64,000 bases of DNA from the human T2T-CHM13v2.0 reference genome, Homo sapiens. Shown here piece after piece: positions 37,313-50,606 of the stretch; the first letter of the stretch is position 1; each line of letters begins with the position of its first letter. The stretch is taken from assembly GCF_009914755.1 (NCBI RefSeq), contig NC_060935.1; one strand, 5' to 3'. The position numbers and the translations under genes were made by a program. The notes beneath the pieces were generated by a model. The model saw only the letters and a list, made by a program, of their open reading frames with translations, made no database searches and was not told where the DNA came from.

Positions 37313-37850
37313 GGCCTGTGACAGGATGTTGCCTTTTCTCTTTGAAGCCGACAGTTTGGCTTCTTTAATGTGAGACCGGGGTGTGTTTTCCTCCAGTGGA
37401 GCCACCGCTTGAGCTGAGGCTGTTTCCTGGGCTTTTTAAAGGCCTGGGTTCCCGCTGCGTGGGCCGCGTCATCACATCCTCCCACCTCAGGCACGGGTGC
37501 AACGTTTCTGCAGCCAGGCCGCCTGTCACCCCACTGTGCGCGCCCCAGCGGCCCCGGCCCAGAGCGCTCCACACTCGGAGCTAGCCAGCTGGGACAGAGC
37601 AACAGCGCAGCGCGGGCAGCCACGGCCTGCACCGGCCCCGCGGGGACCTGCTGTGTGTGGGTGTGAAGGTGGTGCGGGGCAAGCTGTGGGAACCCCGTGT
37701 CAAGCCCTCCCCAGGCCAGTGATGAGCCCAAAAGCTCCTCTGGAAAACGTTGATCTTTGCACGGCGCCCATGCAGGCTTCCAGGCCACCAGGGCATGGGC
37801 AGGACTCAGCCCGCCATGGGCGCCTGCTCAGCGGGAAATGCGATTCCCAG
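37313..37850 (-). promoter_or_regulatory. POU2AF1 5'UTR and CpG-rich proximal promoter: TATA-like TTTAAAAA (37440-37433), CRE/ATF half-site TGACG (37471-37467)
   Basis: Highest CpG density in the window; TATA-like box ~125 nt upstream of the ATG; TGATGACGCG ~30 nt further upstream. A CREB/ATF site is an established element of the OCA-B promoter. Confidence 0.8.
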
Positions 37851-40800
37851 GGGTCACTGGTTCTCAACTGGGAGGAAACACCTGTCATCTCTTCAAGCCT
37901 CAGTAAACAACCTCCTCATTCTTTTAATATTGCTTTTCTGTTTATTCCATTTTGAAACACAGTAGCCCCTCCCCTCGCCCCCAGCCACCCCCAAAATGGC
38001 AAGGCTTAATCATGCTGAAATATGGGGGCGCTGGCTCTGATGTCGGCTATGCCCACGGAGAAAGAGGCCAACCCTCAAGGAAGGAAGGAGAACATGCCCG
38101 TGCTCTTTGACTGGATCTGGGCTTGTAGGCACAAGATGAACAGAGCCTCTTTGCGAGTGCCCACCCACTGATAACAGGAAGCTTCTTTAAGTAAGTCATG
38201 GGCTCACCATCTGGAAGTGTAGATGGTGTTGGCTACCGGCTCCTTCACAGTTTGGAAGCCTTCTGCCACTGCATATCTGAGGTCCACATGCTCAGGCTCC
38301 AGGGACTCAGTCAGTTTGGGGTCAAGACCCCTTGGCACACCCCCTAGAGCAGGTGTGGGGCCTTGCTGCTCTGCCGTCCATACTGCCTCAGAGCCATCTT
38401 GCACCACCTAGACCTGATCATGCTATCCCCTAGCCTACAAAGCATTCACCTTCTCCCTTCAGCCACAGAGCTGGAGGCCTAGAAGGCCTCCCACAATTGA
38501 GCCGTTGCCTTCCTTTCCAGCCTCACCACCAACTGCCCTCCTACCACTGGTCCCAGTGCCCTCTAAGCACCACCAAACACCCATGCAATTCCCTGCCTTT
38601 GACCTTGCCGTCCTCTCTTGCCGGAAGGACAAACCCCCAGCCCAGAGAATACTTGTTCCTCTTCTCAGATCTTAGAGCACTTTGTTCATTATGTGATGGT
38701 GAATTGTCACATGACTCTGACAGTTTCTCAAGGAGGTTTCATCTTTGCCTCTCCAGTGCCCCACACAAGACCTGGAGCATAGTGACCCCCAATAAAAATT
38801 CATCTGATAAAGTTATGAATTACTGTCTCTAATCGGTTGCTGATTTGAGGGCAGGTCTTGAGGAGAAATGCTGTCAACATTTTATAAATGATTCACTTAA
38901 AAGCCAGAGAAGGCTGTCTCCTGGCTGCCTATAAGCCCTCCCCGCAAAGCCTCTGAAGTTCAGGACAGTGGAGGCCCCCATGCTGTGGTGGCTGGCAGCC
39001 CACACCCTGGCCTGGCAGGGGGCAGCATCTCAAGGCCTTGGGCTGCGCCGAGGAGTTTCCATGAGAAACAGAGGCACATCCCTCAGGCCTGCCTCAGTCA
39101 CAGGAGACGTGGGTTCCCATGAAGGCTCTGACACTCACTCACTGTGTCCCCTTCAACAAGTCACATAACTCTTCTAGCCTCAGTTTCCTCATCTATAAAA
39201 TGAAGAACCAGTTCTGTGAGTGTCTCACAGGTTCGTAGGAGGATATGTGGCCTCGCTGGTCCTCTCTCCCACGGGTCTGTCTTTTGTCTCTTTTGGTCAT
39301 GTCTTATTCTCTCCAAGTCCGTGAAATTCAGAACTTTTTCTTATTCATCTCAGTTTCTCCCCACAGGCCTAGCATGATGATTTCCACAAAGTAATAATAT
39401 AACCACTTACTGTGCAAGAGGCTCCATGTTAAGCCTTAAATACATTACCTAATCTAGTCACCACAACAACGCTGCAAGGAAACGTCTACCTGTATTGTTC
39501 AGAGAAACAAACAAATGCTTAGGGAATTTCATCTGTCCAATGTCACCAAGCTATCAGGTTATAGGCTGGTGCCAGACCCAAGTTCATCTGACTAGAGCCA
39601 GAGCTCTAAATCATTAAAATAAAAGATATTTATTAAGTTGAAAGCAGTAAATGCCAAGTGTCAGCCATGTTTGTTAGTAGTAATATAGGATCATTATTAT
39701 TAAAACCTGAAGCAGATCAACAGAAGCTATATCCCCCGGAATAAATTTCTGTCCTCTGGAAAGAGGGAAGGAAAAGGTGAGACCCAGAGCTACTCTGACA
39801 AATCAGATCTTGTACAGTGGCAGAAAAACAAAATGTCAGTGGGCAAGCCCACCATCATGGCCAGCGATAAACCCATCACCTCTTATGGCCTCACAGCTCA
39901 TGAGGCAGATTCCAGCTCATTTCTTCCAGCAAATACCCTGCATATCAGTGACCACATACAGGCAGATGCTTTGGAATCAAGACTTGATCGAAACAGCAAA
40001 TATTTTCCAGGAAAACATTTTCTGTGACTTAGAATCAAAAGTCAAACTGCATGGCATAGTTCAAAAGAGGCGACTATGTTTATGCAATGTCTCAAGAAGT
40101 GGAAGAAAAGAAGAAAAAATCTGTGAACATGGTCCAGATGACTCCAAATACAGGTGTGCTCACATTTTTAAAGAATCTGATATACAAACATCAAAACTTC
40201 TAAAATAATTTATTAAAGCGCACTGATTCATATTGTGAAATAAATTTTAGCTTTGCAAAAAGATTCACCATCGACTTCATTTCTTCCATCATTTAATAAA
40301 TATTTACAGAGTGCTTATTACATGTCATTACCTCTGCCAAGTCTTAATCTTTTCTTTTCATTTAGCCTTTAATCATCTTCATTCTCATCATTTTTGATTT
40401 ATGAAAAGCCCCTATCTTATTTTGCTCAGTAATTTATTTATTCATTCATCTACTTTCCCCCTCATTTTCCATGTCTATTCTTTTTCCTGTCCCCTCATAC
40501 CCCCATCACCCACCCACCATTCCAATCAGGGCAACTCTTTTCAGTGGTTGATGCTGAAGCTTTTATTTGTAGACATTTGTGCCTGTTCTTATAAGATCTG
40601 TATTGTTTGGCATGTATAGATTTTTAATTTATGTAGGTGATGTTATATTACACATTTCACGCTGTTTCTTATTTTTTAATTCAGCACAGTGTTGTAAGAT
40701 CTATCCACATTGATGTAGACATTCTGTGCACCACTTTTAACACCTGCAAAGTATTCTATGGTGTGTGAGCGCTGCATTTCACTTAAGCAGATTGTCTCCA

Positions 40801-41076
40801 ACTTCCTCTTCCACAAACAAAGCATTGATGAACATTCTTATATGCATCTTTTTTCAGAGGCATGTGAAAATTTCATTGAGGTTATATGCCCAGAGGTGGA
40901 ATTACTGGGCCAAAGAATAGGTGTATATTTAATCTGACTGAATACTAATCTGTCCAAGACTTCCACCAGCAGTTCATTTTTCCACCAGCTTCTCATATTT
41001 CCACTTTACCACCAAACCTGACATTATCCAAGGTCTAAATGTTGCCAGTGTGGTACATGTAGTGATAGCAACAGTG

Positions 41077-41078
<2 letters not shown>

Positions 41079-41113
<35 letters not shown>
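41079..41113 (+). repeat. (TG)n microsatellite
   Basis: Seen directly. Confidence 0.95.
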
Positions 41114-41117
<4 letters not shown>

Positions 41118-41237
41118 AGTGTAATAGTGTAGTGATAGTGTAGTGGTTTATTTAACATTATAATACTAATAAATGGAAGCATGTCTTCATATGCATGTTA
41201 ACCCTATGGAGTTTCTCTTCTCCAAAATACCTCTTCA

Positions 41238-41292
41238 ATCACCTCTTGGCCTTTTGGCTAAGATCAAGTGTAGTATTTGTTCTTGCCAGTTT
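41238..41292 (+). pseudogene. U2 snRNA retropseudogene, 5' ~55 nt only, no poly(A) tail
   Basis: ATCACCTCTTGGCCTTTTGGCTAAGATCAAGTGTAGTATTTGTTCTTGCCAGTTT aligns to U2 nt 1-55 (ATCGCTTCTCGGCCTTTTGGCTAAGATCAAGTGTAGTATCTGTTCTTATCAGTTT). Flanked by a degenerate 14-bp TSD: AAAATACCTCTTCA (41224-41237) and AAAATGTCTGTTCA (41293-41306). Confidence 0.92.
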
Positions 41293-41555
41293 AAAATGTC
41301 TGTTCATTCCTTTGCCAATTTCTGTACCAGGATTGCCCTTTTTCTTGTTGATCAGCAGAAATTCTTTGCACATCTGTGTTCTAGATGTACAATTCTAGAT
41401 ATTTTCAGTTTTACTCAACACAAATTTCTTCACTCTTGTCATCTGCTAACTTTATTCATAGTGTGCTTTTTTTGAATAGAAATACATACTTTAGGTACAT
41501 GGACCTATTTTATTTTACTGGTCTCGTTGTTCTTGTACCTTAGTTTTTATTGTTA

Positions 41556-41933
<378 letters not shown>

Positions 41934-43132
41934 TCATTGAATTTGTAGATTACTTCAAGCAAGAGTAATATCATTATAAAATTAATTTGGTCCAGCTGAG
42001 CATGGGACAGCTCTCCATCTCTTCAGATCATATTCCATGTTTTTTATTATTACAGTTTTTAAATTTTCTCCGCAGAAGTACAGTATATTCTTAAATAAGC
42101 TAATTCTCAATTATGTTATAGTTTCTGTTGATATTGTGAATGGCATCTTGTTTTTTATATAATTTTCTAGTTGGTTAGTGATGCTATAGAAAAATTCTAA
42201 TATTTGAGAGTTTATCTTATTTCTAGAAACCTTGCTGAACTGTTTTATTTATTCTAATAGTTTGTTGGTTATCATAGTCTTTCTAGGTAGAAGACAATCT
42301 CTTCTGAAAGTAACGGCAGTTTTATTTTTTCCCTTCCGATTCTTCCATCTCTTGTTTTTTTCCTTTCCTATGGTGTTGGCCAGTACTATGACAAGTAATA
42401 ATGCTAATAGTGGTTATTCTTGCCCTGTCCTTGTCTTACAGAAATGACAAATTCCTAAAATTAAAAAAAAAAGATGAAAAATCTTTGAAAGGCCTCATGG
42501 ACAACAATAGAGATAAGGTAAAACAAACACTTGGATACGTTATAATGAAACTTTAAAACAACTAATACAAACAGGACATTCTAAAAGCTTACTAAGAAAA
42601 AGAATATATTTATAGCTAAGGAACAAGAATCAAAATGACAGTATACTTTTCCACAGCAAAACTAGATGCAAGCGGATAATGAAGAAATATTTTTAAAGTA
42701 TTTAAGAAAATGAACACTGAACCTATAATTTTAAATCTAGCCAAATTGTCATTCAAATATTGTAGCTAATGAAGATGTCTTCAGACCTACAAGACTCCCA
42801 TTAAAATTGCTCTTAGAGAAAGCATTCAAATGAAAAGAGTGACTCAGGAGGATGTTGCAAGAACTATGAGAGCAAAAGGTAATCAAATACTGGGTAAAGT
42901 TTATTATAGGAATTTTCTTAAAGCTGGGAAAAGGAGAAAATTCATCCATAACAACACAAAACAAAATATCTTTAAAATAACATGATTACACAAGTCCAGA
43001 GAACACCATTTATATTATATTTAATTTTCCAAAATGTGGCCCTTAAGGAGATCAAAGAGAAATCAAAATGCACTAATGCTTTCGTTTTCTAAGGAGAAAA
43101 TATAGCTATCAATAAATTTAAGAAATCAATAG

Positions 43133-43190
43133 GGACAAATAAACATAAAAGTGGATCTGAAGGACAAATAAACATAAAAGTGGATCTGAA
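43133..43190 (+). repeat. Perfect 29-bp tandem duplication GGACAAATAAACATAAAAGTGGATCTGAA x2
   Basis: 43133-43161 is identical to 43162-43190. Confidence 0.95.
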
Positions 43191-44026
43191 GTAGGAGGCA
43201 ACTGCCACTTTTGTTCTTATTACAAAAAAAAATTTTTTATAACAAAAAATAAAACAAAAGTTAAACTTTTAAACATTCTGTTTAACTTTTTCATAAATGA
43301 TGTGTTAAACATTCTGTTTAACTTTTAATGTTTCAAAGTTTAGCTTTTAAATTTTAAACATTTAACTTTTGAGCATTCTGAGAGAAACTGAATCTTTCTG
43401 TGAAAAACAGGAAGGATGTATTTAAAAATTACAATGAATGGAAAACAGGAATAAGTTGGCAGGATAGGTTCAACTAGCTCAGTAATGATAATGAATTTAA
43501 GAAGATTAAACTCACCAATTAAAAGACAGATTTCTGCATTTAATTTAAATTACTTTAAAGAGCCAATCATGTAAACTTGATTCTAAAACTAAATAAGGTC
43601 AATATAAGAAAAGAAAATTATAGGCCATCTAATTTGTGAACATCGATTCAAAAATCCTGAACAAAATATTTGCTTGCTGAATTCAATAGTATATTAAGGA
43701 CTAATACATCATGATATAATAATAATATATTATAATATGTAAGATTTATCCCAGGAATGCAAGGATGGTTTATTCTTAGAAAACCTATCAATATAATTCA
43801 CCACATTGATAAACTTTAGGAGAAAAATTATTAAAGTATCTCAATCAAATATCTAAACATTTGATAAAGTCCAACATCTATTTGTAATTTAAGAAAAATA
43901 ACTCTTAGAAACTTAGGACTAGAAGGAAACTTCCTTAACTTGATAAAGTTTATATGCCAAAAATCTAGAGTGATGTTATACATAATAGGGAAATTGTAAA
44001 CAAATTCCCTTTAAGAACGAGTTGCT

Positions 44027-44285
44027 GGCCCAGTGTATTGGCTTACACCTGCAATCCCAGCACTTTGGGAGGCCAAGGTGGGAGGATCGCTTGAGCCCAA
44101 AAGTTCAAGACCAGCCTAGACAACATAGTGAGACCCCATTTCCACAAAAAAATTTAAAAATTAGCCAGGCATGGTGGCATGTGCCTGTAGTCCCAGCTAC
44201 TTGAAGGTGGAGGTTGGAGGATTGCTGGAGCCCAGGAGGTCAAGGTGAGCTGTAATCGTGCCACTGCATTCCAGCCTGAGCAACA
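44027..44285 (+). mobile_element. AluJ, 3'-truncated (tailless)
   Basis: J-type GGATCGCTTGAGCCCA; ends at GCAACA; TSD AAGAAC(G/A)AGTTG at 44013-44024 and 44286-44297. Confidence 0.88.
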
Positions 44286-46426
44286 AAGAACAAGTTGTCC
44301 TATTGCATTTTCATAATTAATTTCCAAACATTTTTTACACACAATTTTACACATAATTTTTTGTATATAGGACACAAAAAATAAAACATATAACTTACAT
44401 CATGTAATTGTGCCAAGTTCTATTCCAGGCTTTAGGGCTATAACAATGAAAAAAACAGAAATGTTTAGTATCATATAGCTAGACACCCGGTGTTAGATAG
44501 AAAGAAAATTCATACGACCTTTCAATAAATGATTTGTCATCAACTCAGACATGGACTAGTGCATAGAAAAATTGATGGCCTAGAGGCTCAACAACCTCTA
44601 AACTATGAAGATTTTCTATGGCCCAGAAATTCAGGGCAGTTTGTAAAGTCAGACCTATAGAGGATTTCTTGACCCTACAGATGGGAGCAGAAGAGAGGAC
44701 CAGGGTGATTTTAAAGGAGGGCCATGAATCCTGTGTGTATATACATATTTTCCTTGGAAGACAGTTCATAGCGTTCATGAGAGTCTCAAGGTTAAGAACC
44801 ACTGTTTATTATAGAGAAATACTATGATATCAAATTTTAAATATATAAAAGATAAGTTGCTTTAGGTCCAGTTAGGACAGTAATGGGCTCCGAGGTAAAA
44901 AGGGTAATCCACAGGTAAAATACCGAAGCCCATTGTTGCCTTCAGGCAATTTCCCACATATTCTTTACATAGTGAGCCAGCTAAGCCCATTTCTCATTTC
45001 TCTGGCACATGTATATCATTTCATTCTTATGCATAATTTCCCTCTGGGTTAGGCAGCAGGATATAGTGAAGAGATTATGTAATTTAGAGTCAGAGAGCCT
45101 GGTTTGGAATCTGGCTGCAGTGCTAGCAGTGTGGCCTTGGTCACATTGTTTAAACTCTCCTAGCTTTAATTTCCTCCTCTTCCAAGTTGAAATAATAATA
45201 GTAACTGTTGCATTGATAGGCTAGTATAGAGTTTTCTACATACGCTAATTTTATTGTACCATTCAGATCAAGAGAATATATCACTGAATTCTCTTTCATA
45301 TCTTTGCTCTCAAAATTCATGCACACTAGTGAGCCCTTCAAACTTTACCAATTTCTAGTTTTCCAAGAAAAGATCATGCCCTGCTACCCTTATCTGAAGA
45401 AGCAGTAAGATTCAAACCACCTCTCATCTTCTCAAGTTCCCAGACATCATCTGCAAATATGGTTGACAGCTGGATGGCAGGTTCTTATCTAGGAAGAGGC
45501 CTAATCATTGGAATTTTAGTTTTATTGTGCCTTCAATAATTAGACATTGTGACTAGGCACAATGAAAAGGAAATCATATTCATGTGATCAAATAGAGATT
45601 GCATCAACCCAAGTGGCGCCTGGACGAGTGCCAGTGTTCAGAAGCCAGGGCTTTACTGTGTGTGACAGCCTGGCCTCCACAGCAGGCTGGAAGGTGCCCA
45701 ACTCTCTTTATGACCATTTCTGAACTCCTTCTGGTACTAGACAGATGGCCTCTAGCCACTCTGACAAACTTGCATTAATACAGGCAGCTGGCAAGTGTCC
45801 ATGCCCCATTTTGCAGATGAGAAAACCAAGGACCAGGTAGCTTTAATTATTATCTATGGCCTGAGACTGCCATAAATGATCTTGGAAGATAATCAAGAAA
45901 GCCTGATAGTTATTACTTTTGGTGCTATTATGTCATGGAGCTTGGGGGAAAAATAGTCTTTGCAAAAAGAATATGTTTCTGGGCTATTCTACCCACCATG
46001 TGGTCTGTCCAAGGCACAGAGACCTTTTTTTTTTCTTCTTTGCCATTACTGAGCACCACACACTGAACAATGGGCTTTATTTGACAGTTTTGCCTCCATA
46101 TTACCAACATTATTTTTCCCCACTTCCCACACAGTCAGTGGCCACCTTTAAGAAATATTTTCCATGATACTTCTAAAAATACTTATTGAGCACAAACTTT
46201 GTGCTGGAAATAATGTTAGGGATAACAAGGTAAGAAAGTCCCTATGCTCAAGCAAGTTATTGCTGGTATGAAAAACCTGATATATTTTTCTTATAACTGA
46301 AAGTCCCACAAGAATTCCTAGAGAATTTCCATCTAAATTACATGGGATACTTACTATAAAGAGATATTCTTTGGGCCCCACTTGTAGAGAACCTGACTCA
46401 GTAGATCTGGAGTGGCCATGACTCAG

Positions 46427-46468
46427 TTGGTTGGTTGGTTGGTTGGTTGGTTGGTTGGTTGGTTGGTT
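46427..46468 (+). repeat. (TTGG)n microsatellite
   Basis: Seen directly. Confidence 0.95.
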
Positions 46469-49400
46469 TGGAGGTGTGTGTTTTTTTTTTTTTAATTTCA
46501 TGTGACATTGCTTTGGGATTTTGGAAGCACAACCCTAGACAACCAAACACTAGTCCTTCCTTTTTTCTCATGATCTCCTTTTCTATCTATCCCCTTTCAA
46601 GTTTTCTTCATTGGAATGCCCCTAGAATGCCCTGATTACCAAGAAAAACAAAAGCCTCCAGCTTAAGTGTAGCATGGAACATCCTTTGTCTAGCTAAACA
46701 CATAACCATCATTTCCCACAAACAGGAGGGATCTTGGCTTCACGCACGCCCCACACCCAGAAACAATCGCATTCCTGTGGTTCTCCCAAGGAATAGTGAT
46801 CCAGTGACCCTATGACCTGGCACACACTCTGCCTGTCCAGGACTCAAAGCTCTCAGCCTCACTTCTTCTCTGTGCAGCATTTAAAAGCCCACAAGGGGCC
46901 AGAGCCCCCCAGAATTCATATATCGGGGATGCTGGTGGTTTGATCAATTACTGACCAATGCCCTGTTCCCCTTGAGCTAAAGGCTCAAAGGAGTAAAGTG
47001 AAAGGAGTTTGTCCAGTGATGGAGGTAATACTTGCCAATCATCCTTCTTTCTGAAGATGCCACACAGGAACCTCCTCCTCTTCCTCTTCCTGAAACTTTA
47101 AGCCCTCCAGTGACTCAGGAGTTTCACCAGGTGTATTTCATGATTTGTGCCAAAACACCATGAAAATAGGAATTACAATAAAGCCAAAGTCCATTTCCTT
47201 ATGAATCAAAGGTGTAGTTTCCTATAAAAAGGAAAAGGATCCAACATGCGAAGGCAAGTCTATTTGCATGCATGCCATGCTCCTGGGCAACTTTCGGTCA
47301 TGGGTGGAGCTATAGGGCTGGCAGCTGCACTGCTGTTTTTCAACTACCACTTCTGTAATTTGGTGGGAAAGTAACTTGAATAAATGAATGAATGAAGAGA
47401 CAGAGAAAATGAAAACGAGATATAAATAGAAATGTCAGTGTAGGAAGAAAAAAGAGGAAAGAGTGAGAAAGAGATAATGACAACTCAAAATTTTAGACAC
47501 CTTGAAGGTCCAAAAGAAAAAAAGAAATCTGCTTCCAAAGATAGAGCAGTCAATTCAATTAAGGATTAACTCTACCTGAGGCATTTGTTGGCCATAGTAA
47601 CACTAGAGTGAGACTAATGAACAAAGTAAGCTAAGCCTGGCCTCAGTGAACCCAGAGACAAAGTCTGACATTCAGTCAATACCTGGGTATCCATGATCCG
47701 TGGTCCACCAAAGTGCACAATGCCCAGAATATAGAAAAGACTCTATAAATGGTAGCTAGTTCTGTTATTACTACTTTTTCATTAATAATGAATGTGACAG
47801 ATTTTGACTTGAACCCAGTGTTGCTATCACTATCTGTGGGAGAAAATGCTAATTTTCTTTTAGAAAAAGGTATAATAAATGTAACAGGTGCACAATAAAT
47901 ATAAACTGATCGGCATGAGTACGTTTTTCTTTTAAAAAAACTCTCTTAATTAATGTGTCCCACAACTAGACACAATCACACCATAAAAAAACAAAAGTGG
48001 AGGGAGGCAGAAGGAGATAAAACAACTCCAGGAGTTCCATGTGTGCCTTCCAGCTCACAAAGCCAACGAAAGCTAAGACTTCTGGAGCACTGATCATATG
48101 CGAGGAACTGTTCTAAATACTTTACACATATTAGTTCATTTAATCTGCATAACAATGCTTTGAAGTATTAGCCTCATTTTACATATGAGGAAACACAGTG
48201 AGGTTAAGAAACTTGGCTAAAATGCACAGTTTATAAGTAGAAGAGCCAGGATTATAATCTGGGCAATCTGACTCCATAGCTTATAATCACCACATCACAT
48301 TATTCCCCACAACATGCACACACACAAGAAAGTTAAGTCCCAAACAGCTGATCATTCATCCATCCATCCATTCATTCATTCATGCACTCATTCATTCAGC
48401 AAATATTTGCTGAATGTCATCCCACTGTCATCCAGTCTGTATTTGGCATTAAGGATGGAACAGTGAACAAGGAAAGTAAGTCTCCTGACTTCTTAGAGCT
48501 TACATTCCAGTGGAAGTGGGGAGAGGTAGAGGAGAGGCAGCCAGAACAAATATCTTCCCATCAGAACAAAGAAAGCAGTGGGTCATAAAGTATCTTTCAA
48601 AATCAACATCTTGGGCACATTCAGAAAAGCATTTCTAAAAACCCAGCTAAGGGATAAAGATAAAAACTATCAATGGCATCCAACCTAGATATTCTACATG
48701 CAACAAATTCAAGAAATATCAGTTGAACACCAGCCAATGCCCTCACAATAACAAAGTAAGAACTGAGCTCAGGGAGCCCTAAGCTCAGTCACACCACAGG
48801 AAGTGGGCACTAAGGCTCTGGTGGGCTTTCCACTCTGCGACAGAGACAGAAGGTTTTTTAAGAGTCCAACAGGACTCTGAGCATCTTGACTCTCCCTCTT
48901 TCTTCGAAGCCTTCCAGTCCCACTTGAACATCTCATGATGCAACTCAGACCATTTATCTTCCCAAAACAAGGCAACCATTTTGCACCAGTTGAGGCAGAC
49001 TTCACAGGCAGATGCACAGACTCCAAAGCAAAGTTCCAGGCAGATTGCTAAGCTGACTCAGACCCACCTCCGATGGAGTTTGGATGGCCCAATTTATTAA
49101 ATGATGCCAAGCCCTGGATTGCAGAAAATTTGGCAGACTTCTGGTGCAAGGAAGCACCTTAGGTTTCTTTCGTAACCAGCAAATTTGGCATAAAAACAGT
49201 AATAGAGTATGTGCTCGATAAAGTCTCATTGATTAATTGATAACAGTTCCTTTACTCTTTTTCAGGGGTAGACAACCATATAGACATCAGTGGCTGCATC
49301 TGAAGTTGGAGAGCAAGTTCTCCAGCCCAACTATGTTAACGGCAGTCATCAAGCCCCAGGGACCCTATTCAGGATGCTGGTTTTTGAAGACAATGGCCCC

Positions 49401-50277
49401 AGTTGCTGCGACAGACTCCAAACTCATACTGTTCAGAGTCTTGAGTCTTGAGCCAACACACCCATTTTCTGTCGCTCCAAATTTTTTGTAGGTTTTGAAA
49501 TACAGGCAGGAATTTAGCCAGGTTTATCTAGGAGAAATGTCACGTGAGGCTCAAGGAAGTGTAGAGTTTTGCCAAATGTTACATGAGAATCCTAGTCTTT
49601 TCTTTTTTTAGCCACTGGACTCAGGTTACGCAGAACCTAGAACCTCTGCTGGCCGGGACTTCTTCCTCCTCGCCATCCTACAGGCCTGGGCGGCACAGGC
49701 GGAGTTATGCCTGAGGCCTCTCACATTTCCAAGGATCACAAGCAGCTTGGAATTGTGTTCCATCTCTCTGGTCCTTGGAACTGTGTTCCAAGCTGCTTGT
49801 GATCCTTGGAAATGTGTTTCCAATTGTGTTCCATTTGTGTTCCTTTGGGAAAGTATGGGCAATAGGGAGCCATGGAAGGTTTTTCACTGAGGAGTGACGG
49901 GGTCATAGTCACGCTTCTTTTAAAAGTGGCTTTGGCAACAGTGTGAAGATAAATTAGAGTTAGGAGAAAGGGTGGGAGGTTAGAGAGAGTCTTTCTAACA
50001 ATTGTTTCAGCAAGAATTAACTACGGTTGAACCTGGAGTGGTAACCACAGATGATCCCAAGCCACCTGGCTCTCATTGCGTTCCATTCTGAAAGCTTCGT
50101 GTCTCTGCATTCTCGGAATCAGTCACACAGTAAGCACTCAATAAATGTTTGCTGGATTAATGAAAAGTGAATAAATCTAGAGTGAGCCCTTCATTTTTAA
50201 AATGAGGAAATAGGACCAGAGAGATGAAATTACCTGCCTATGGTTACCTAGCTAGGCAAGGGCAAAGATAGACCTAG

Positions 50278-50606
<329 letters not shown>

